Shown here piece by piece: positions 58,885 to 64,000 of a stretch of DNA of 64,000 nucleotides. A program made the position numbers and the translations under genes. The notes below the pieces were generated by a model. The model made no database searches and had not been told where the DNA came from. It was given only the letters and a program-made list of their open reading frames with translations. Source of the DNA: Gemmatimonadota bacterium (lineage in GTDB: Bacteria; Gemmatimonadota; Gemmatimonadetes; Palauibacterales; Palauibacteraceae); contig JBATJK010000235.1 in the NCBI GenBank assembly GCA_049668445.1, positions 15,714 to 79,713 on the forward strand, in the 5' to 3' direction. Within the stretch, counting starts at the first letter, position 1, and every line of letters begins with the position of its first letter.

Positions 58885-60264
58885 TCAGCTCCCGGCAAGC
58901 TCGGGGACGGACACCCCTTCGCCCCCCAGGTATCCGGCCACATCGTCGCGAATGCTCCTCAGTCCAGCGACCGAGTCCGCCTCGAACCGAATGACGATGA
59001 CCGGCTGCGTATTGCTCGCCCTGATCAGGGCCCAGCCGTCCTCGAACTCGATGCGAGCCCCGTCGATGTCGTTCACCGGATGGCTGGCTCGATAATGCTC
59101 CACCGCCCGGGCAACGACCGCGAACTTCAGGTCCTCCGCACAGTCCACACGCAACTCAGGGGTGGACGGATACGCCGGTATGGAGTCGGCCAGCTCCGAG
59201 AACGGCCGGCCGCTCCTCTGGACGAGTCCGGCCAGCCGGGCAGCCGCATAGATCGCATCGTCAAATCCGAAATAGTTGTCAGCAAAACAGATATGCCCGC
59301 TCATTTCACCTGCAATAGGAGATCCGGACTCCTTCATCCGCTCCTTGATCAATGAGTGCCCCGTCTTCCACATCACGGGTACGCCACCCGCCCGGGCAAT
59401 CAGCTCGGGCAGGGCCTTGGAGCACTTCACGTCGAAGACGATCTCCGCACCCGGGTACCGGGGCAGCGCGTCCAGCGCGTAGAGCAGCAACAGGTGATCA
59501 CCGCGGACGATCCCACCTTTCTCGGTCACCGCGCCAATCCGGTCGGCATCGCCGTCCAGCCCCACACCGAGATCCGCGCCCGTGGCCTTCACTCGAGCGA
59601 TGAGGTCGACCACGTTCTCGTCGACCGTGGGATCGGGATGGTGGTTGGGAAACGTGCCGTCAGACTCGCAGTACAGGCAGTCGACCTCTACGCCGGCCAG
59701 CGCGAGCGCCTGCGGAGCGATCACCGATCCAGTGCCGTTGCCGCAGTCGAGCACCATCCGCACCGGGCCCTCTACTCCGGCCCGACGGCCGATCTCCTCC
59801 GCGTAGCGCTCCAGAATCTCGTGACGTTCCGTTCGCCCCGAGCCGTCCGAGAACTGATCCGACTCCACGAGCTCTCTCAGTTCCTGGATCGCGGCTCCGT
59901 ACAGAGCCCGGTCCCTCACAATCATCTTGATTCCATTGTACTCGGGCGGATTATGGGAGCCGGTAATCTGAATTCCCCCGTCCGTGGCCCATACATCAGC
60001 CGCGTAGTACAACGCCGGCGTCGGCACCGTACCGACGAGGCGGACGTCGGCGCCGGCGGCGTTCAGCCCGGCCGAGAGGGCATCGGCCAGCCCGGGCGAA
60101 CTCGGCCGGTTGTCGTACCCGACCGCGACAACGGGTCGGTCCACGGTCCTCCTGAGCCGCGTGGCGTACGCCCTTCCCACGGCCTCGGTGACCTCCACCG
60201 TCAGGTCGTCCCCGACGATCCCGCGGATATCGTATTCTCTGAAAATGGTACTCGATACGTTCAT
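58885..60264 (-). CDS. Phosphomannomutase/phosphoglucomutase
   Basis: Active-site TGSHNPPEYNGIK, Mg loop GLDGDADR, sugar-binding GEMSGH. ATG at 60264 (MNVSSTIFREYDIRG). An alternative GTG at 60291 would add 9 aa. Confidence 0.85.
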   Translation of the reverse strand: MNVSSTIFREYDIRGIVGDDLTVEVTEAVGRAYATRLRRTVDRPVVAVGYDNRPSSPGLADALSAGLNAAGADVRLVGTVPTPALYYAADVWATDGGIQITGSHNPPEYNGIKMIVRDRALYGAAIQELRELVESDQFSDGSGRTERHEILERYAEEIGRRAGVEGPVRMVLDCGNGTGSVIAPQALALAGVEVDCLYCESDGTFPNHHPDPTVDENVVDLIARVKATGADLGVGLDGDADRIGAVTEKGGIVRGDHLLLLYALDALPRYPGAEIVFDVKCSKALPELIARAGGVPVMWKTGHSLIKERMKESGSPIAGEMSGHICFADNYFGFDDAIYAAARLAGLVQRSGRPFSELADSIPAYPSTPELRVDCAEDLKFAVVARAVEHYRASHPVNDIDGARIEFEDGWALIRASNTQPVIVIRFEADSVAGLRSIRDDVAGYLGGEGVSVPELAGS

Positions 60265-60302
60265 TGGGACCTGCAAGTAAGAGGATTCCACCCTTCCAAC
60301 GG

Positions 60303-60340
60303 ACGCCCCGTCAGCCGCCTGTGACGGCGGGACGGGGCGT
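60303..60340 (-). terminator. GC-rich interrupted hairpin 24 nt downstream of the nuoN stop (possible nuo 3' stem-loop / terminator; no U-tract)
   Basis: acgccccgtc(60303-12) ... gacggggcgt(60331-40), with inner ccgcc/ggcgg sub-stem. Read from the sequence. No T-run follows on the minus strand. Confidence 0.3.
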
Positions 60341-60363
60341 GGTCCGAGACGACTACCGGGGGG

Positions 60364-61905
60364 TCAGTCCGTGCTCGTCTCGGTTACTCCTACCGGGGCA
60401 GCGGGTTGCGAAAGTGGGGCGACCTGGCGTGGGGCAAGGTCTTCGCCCGCGTACTCAGCCATCCGGATGGCCCTCCCCGGGAACAGGCCGGCGACCAGAA
60501 TCACGACCGCTGCCGCCACGGCGGCCAGACGGAACGCGGCGCCCGCAGGTGCGGGAAGGGCAGCATCTTCTGGAGCCTCCTCGAAGTACATCTTCCAGAT
60601 GACCCGGAGGTAGTAATAGTAGGACACGAAACTGGTAAGGACGAGAATGACGGCCAGCGTTACATGGCCGGCCTCCACGGCCGCCAGCAGCAGATACAGC
60701 TTGCCGATGAATCCACCGGTCGGCGGAAATCCGGCCAGAGAAAGCAGAAACAGGACCAGCAAAGCCCCGAGCAGAGGCCGACGCCATCCCAGGCCCCTGA
60801 AGTCGGCAAGACCGCCTCTCGATCCCTCCGCGCTGGACACGACCCCCACGAGGGCAAAAGCGCCGAGCGTCATCACTGCGTAGACGGCCAGGTACAGCAG
60901 CGCCGCGGATCGGCCCGCCGAGCTGCCCGCTACCACTCCGACCAGCAGATAGCCGGCGTGCGCTATGGAGGAATAGGCCAGCATCCGCTTGACGTTGTCC
61001 TGCGCCAGCGCGATCAGATTGGGGATGACCATGGTCAATACGGCCAGCCACCAGAAAATGGGGGTCCAGATCGATGCCGCGGGCGCGAGTTCGACCGTGA
61101 CGATCCGCAGAATGGCGGCAAATCCGGCCGCCTTCACTCCGGCCGCCATGAATCCGGTAACCGGCGTCGGCGCGCCCTCGTACGCGTCGGGCGTCCACAT
61201 GTGAAACGGGACGGCCGAGATCTTGAAGGCGAAGCCAACCACCAGCAGGGCCACACCCGCGTACAGAAGGAAATTGCCCTCTGCAGCGCCGCGGGCCACT
61301 TCAGATGTCACGAGGGCCAGGTTGGTGCTTCCCGTGGCGCCGAACAGCAGGGCGATCCCATACAGCAGGAAGCCGCTCGCGAAAGCCCCCATGAGGAAGT
61401 ACTTGAGAGCTCCCTCGGCCGACCTCGGATCTCTTCGGTTGAATCCCGTCAGAACATAGACAGCCAGGGACATCAGTTCGACCGAGACGAAAACCACGAT
61501 GAGGTCGCGGGAGCCCGCCAGAAGCATCATCCCGATAGCGGCCATCAGGATCAGGAAGTAGAACTCGCCGACATCCATGCCTTCACGGCGCAGATAGTCG
61601 AAGGAGAACAGAAGAGCGAGGACCGTCGCTCCGAGGATCACGAAGTTGGTCGCGACCCGGAACGTGTCCATGGCGATCATACCGCTACGTAACGGCGCCT
61701 CGAGTTCCAACAGGTACCCGTTGGCCAGAAGAGCGGCCAGCACGCCGGCCACCGCGGTCCAACGAACCCAGGCGCGACTCGGTCCCGAGCGATCTCCACG
61801 CTGGAACACGTCGAGGGTCAGCACCAGGAGACCCGTCACAGCGAGGATCACTTCAGGCAGGAGCGCCCACAGGTAGTCGATCGGAGAGCTGAAGTCCAGG
61901 ATCAC
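60364..61905 (-). CDS. nuoN: NADH-quinone oxidoreductase subunit N
   Basis: 513 aa, 14 TM. NuoN/ND2 family features. Follows nuoM. Confidence 0.9.
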   Translation of the reverse strand: MILDFSSPIDYLWALLPEVILAVTGLLVLTLDVFQRGDRSGPSRAWVRWTAVAGVLAALLANGYLLELEAPLRSGMIAMDTFRVATNFVILGATVLALLFSFDYLRREGMDVGEFYFLILMAAIGMMLLAGSRDLIVVFVSVELMSLAVYVLTGFNRRDPRSAEGALKYFLMGAFASGFLLYGIALLFGATGSTNLALVTSEVARGAAEGNFLLYAGVALLVVGFAFKISAVPFHMWTPDAYEGAPTPVTGFMAAGVKAAGFAAILRIVTVELAPAASIWTPIFWWLAVLTMVIPNLIALAQDNVKRMLAYSSIAHAGYLLVGVVAGSSAGRSAALLYLAVYAVMTLGAFALVGVVSSAEGSRGGLADFRGLGWRRPLLGALLVLFLLSLAGFPPTGGFIGKLYLLLAAVEAGHVTLAVILVLTSFVSYYYYLRVIWKMYFEEAPEDAALPAPAGAAFRLAAVAAAVVILVAGLFPGRAIRMAEYAGEDLAPRQVAPLSQPAAPVGVTETSTD

Positions 61906-61922
61906 CTATCTATCCCCTCTGT

Positions 61923-63494
61923 CTACTCGTCGAGTCCGAGAATCGGCATGCGGTCGAATCGTACGTCCGACGCACCCATCACCGCCGGCGCAGAGACGGC
62001 CCGCGTCTCGATCTGATCGACCAGCGCCTCGACCGACGCTGCCGTGCGCGACAGGAACGGCTGCGGGTAGACTCCGATCAGCACGATCATGATGAGTGCG
62101 GGTGCCAGGACCAGACGCTCTCGAGTTCCGATGTCCTTGAGGCTCCGGTTCTCTTCCCTGTCGATCTCGCCGTAGAGCACCCGTTGCACCATGGGAAGCA
62201 TGTACGCCGCAGCGAAAATCACCCCCGTCGCCGCGATGAACGCTGCCACGGGGTACTTCTGGAACGTACCGATCAGGATCAGGAACTCACCGATGAAACC
62301 GTTCGTCCCCGGAAGACCGATCGAGCTCAGGGCGACGAGCAGGAAGGCTGCCGCGAACACCGGCATCACCTTCGCCACTCCGCCAAAGTCCTCGATCATG
62401 CGAGTATGGCGCCGTTCGTAGAGCATCCCGATCAGGAGGAACAGCGCTCCCGTGGAGATGCCATGGTTCACCATCTGCAGGATTCCGCCCTGAATCCCCA
62501 GGGTGGTAAGGGAAAACAGTCCCATCATGACGAAGCCGAGGTGAGCGATCGACGTGTACGCCACCAGCTTCTTGGCGTCGGGTTGCACGGCGGCGACCCA
62601 GGCTCCATACGTAATCCCGATCAGGCTCAGCACCAGAATCGTTCCCACGACCACCTGGCTGGTGGCCGCATGCGAGAAGAACGGCATCGCGAACCGGAGG
62701 AATCCGTAGGTGCCCATCTTCAGCAGTACGCCGGCGAGGATCACGGAGCCGGCGGTCGGGGCCTCGACGTGTGCATCCGGAAGCCAGGTGTGGAACGGGA
62801 ACAGAGGCACCTTGATCGCGAAGGCCAGCGCGAAGGCGAAGAACAGCACGAACTGCAGGTCCCTGGCGATCGGGAGCTGTACCAGGTCGTTGTACGCGAA
62901 GGTGATCACCCCGAATTGGCGGTAGTACAGGAACACGATCACCACGATCGCGACCAGCATGAGCAGTGAGCCGATGGCCGTAAACAGGAAGAACTTCACC
63001 GCCGCGTAGATCTTACGCTTGCCCCCCCACACCCCGATGATGAAGTACATCGGGATGAGCATGATCTCCCAGAACAGGAAGAACAGGAACAGGTCCAGGG
63101 ATACAAAGACACCGATCATGGCGGCCAGCAGAACGAGCAACATGGCGTAGTACGCCTTTTGATTCCGCTGGATGTAGGTGTACGAACCGAGGATCGCGAG
63201 AGGCGTGACGAACGTCGTCAGAAGCACCATGAGGATGGAGATGCCATCGATGCCGATGGTGTATCCGATGCCCCACGCCTCGATCCACGGAATCGAGACG
63301 TAATTCTGTATGGCGGCCGTTCCGGAACGGAACGTCCAGAAGAGTGGCAGCGATACCAGGAACGCGACCACGCTCGTGAGCATCGCCACGTGCCGGGACT
63401 GCTCCTCCCGCACGATCAAACACGCAGCCGAACCCACCAATGGCAGGATCAGCAGCACGCTCAGGACCCAGTGGCTCTCGAAGAAATCGTTCAA
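61923..63494 (-). CDS. nuoM: NADH-quinone oxidoreductase subunit M
   Basis: 523 aa, NuoM/ND4 antiporter-like subunit (WLPDAHVEAPT motif). Confidence 0.9.
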   Translation of the reverse strand: MNDFFESHWVLSVLLILPLVGSAACLIVREEQSRHVAMLTSVVAFLVSLPLFWTFRSGTAAIQNYVSIPWIEAWGIGYTIGIDGISILMVLLTTFVTPLAILGSYTYIQRNQKAYYAMLLVLLAAMIGVFVSLDLFLFFLFWEIMLIPMYFIIGVWGGKRKIYAAVKFFLFTAIGSLLMLVAIVVIVFLYYRQFGVITFAYNDLVQLPIARDLQFVLFFAFALAFAIKVPLFPFHTWLPDAHVEAPTAGSVILAGVLLKMGTYGFLRFAMPFFSHAATSQVVVGTILVLSLIGITYGAWVAAVQPDAKKLVAYTSIAHLGFVMMGLFSLTTLGIQGGILQMVNHGISTGALFLLIGMLYERRHTRMIEDFGGVAKVMPVFAAAFLLVALSSIGLPGTNGFIGEFLILIGTFQKYPVAAFIAATGVIFAAAYMLPMVQRVLYGEIDREENRSLKDIGTRERLVLAPALIMIVLIGVYPQPFLSRTAASVEALVDQIETRAVSAPAVMGASDVRFDRMPILGLDE

Positions 63495-63519
63495 GGCTCT
63501 ATTTCGCTTGCTGGGTTCG

Positions 63520-64000
63520 TCACAGCAGGAGCAGGGCCAGGATCAGCACCACGCCCGAGACGAACCAGAACATGTAGCCGGCTACTCGACCCGTCTGGAA
63601 CAGGCTTCCAACCCATCCGACCATTCGGGTCCCGGAGGCCAGCGCATTCAACGAACCGTCGATAATGCCGTCGTCCACGATCCTCCAGCAGCCCCGCCAC
63701 ATGGCGAGGAGTGGACGGATGATCACTCGATCATACAGCTCGTCGACGTACCACTTGTTGTAGAGAACGCCCGCAATACCCGTCGGCGCTTCGGACTCCG
63801 CCGCCGGACTGTAGCGCCGGTGCACGAGCGCCCGGAACGTCAGGATCACCACGAACAGGGCCAGGACCGTCGAAATGATGGCCCACGCCGCCTCGCCGCC
63901 GCCGAGCGGCGCCTCGTGTGCCTGGTGGAATCCGTGCTCCATCATGACGTGCCTGGCAGGCTCCATCACCGGTTCCAGCCAGTGGTGGAGCGCATCCACC
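63520..64000 (-). CDS. nuoL: NADH-quinone oxidoreductase subunit L, C-terminal part (5' end beyond window)
   Basis: C-terminal NuoL/ND5 region (VLYNKWYVDELYD...), upstream of nuoM. The frame is open to the window edge. Confidence 0.85.
   Translation of the reverse strand, partial: VDALHHWLEPVMEPARHVMMEHGFHQAHEAPLGGGEAAWAIISTVLALFVVILTFRALVHRRYSPAAESEAPTGIAGVLYNKWYVDELYDRVIIRPLLAMWRGCWRIVDDGIIDGSLNALASGTRMVGWVGSLFQTGRVAGYMFWFVSGVVLILALLLL

Overview
High-GC (~68%) bacterial chromosomal segment, densely packed with genes, many joined by 4-nt ATGA/GTGA start-stop overlaps. The gene content (LpxC-FabZ fusion, BshC, futalosine-pathway radical SAM enzymes, sigma-54) suggests a Gemmatimonadota/FCB-like Gram-negative, but this is a guess from content only.

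The window is mostly core outer-membrane and lipid biogenesis:
- + strand, 1-16.6 kb: bamA (3' end), skp, lpxD, lpxC/fabZ fusion, lpxA, a Gfo/Idh/MocA oxidoreductase, lpxB, DUF374, lpxK, nadB, rlmH, a SAM methyltransferase, bshC, murJ, uvrC.
- + strand, 16.8-26 kb: TPR protein, DUF512 radical-SAM-like protein, der, plsY, gpsA, a MerR-like regulator, surE, pcm, dedA, YfgM-like TPR protein.
- - strand, 26-43 kb: pyrG, kdsA, kdsC, kdsD, lptC, lptA, lptB, rpoN, followed directly by a 7-gene glycosylation island.
- - strand, 43-64 kb: nuoL/M/N, phosphomannomutase, carbamate kinase, sucCD, ndk, yceD, rpmF, plsX, fabD, fabG, acpP, fabF, two MqnC/MqnE-family radical SAM genes, purE, ispF, dedA, xerD, a nitroreductase, and a secreted hypothetical protein.

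The most unusual content is the glycosylation island fused behind rpoN (26272-34844). It combines two different polyprenyl-phosphate sugar synthases, two different GT-C periplasmic transferases (YfhO-family and GT39/83-family), a flippase-like membrane protein, a GT4 and a methyltransferase. This looks like an uncharacterised lipid-carrier-dependent envelope glycosylation system.

Secondary points of interest:
- a bshC gene translationally coupled to a methyltransferase, a candidate N-methyl-bacillithiol module.
- a GnnA-like oxidoreductase and a DUF374 protein inserted in the lpx cluster.
- a secreted beta-helix-like hypothetical protein.

No CRISPR arrays, rRNA or tRNA genes, or clear mobile elements were seen.
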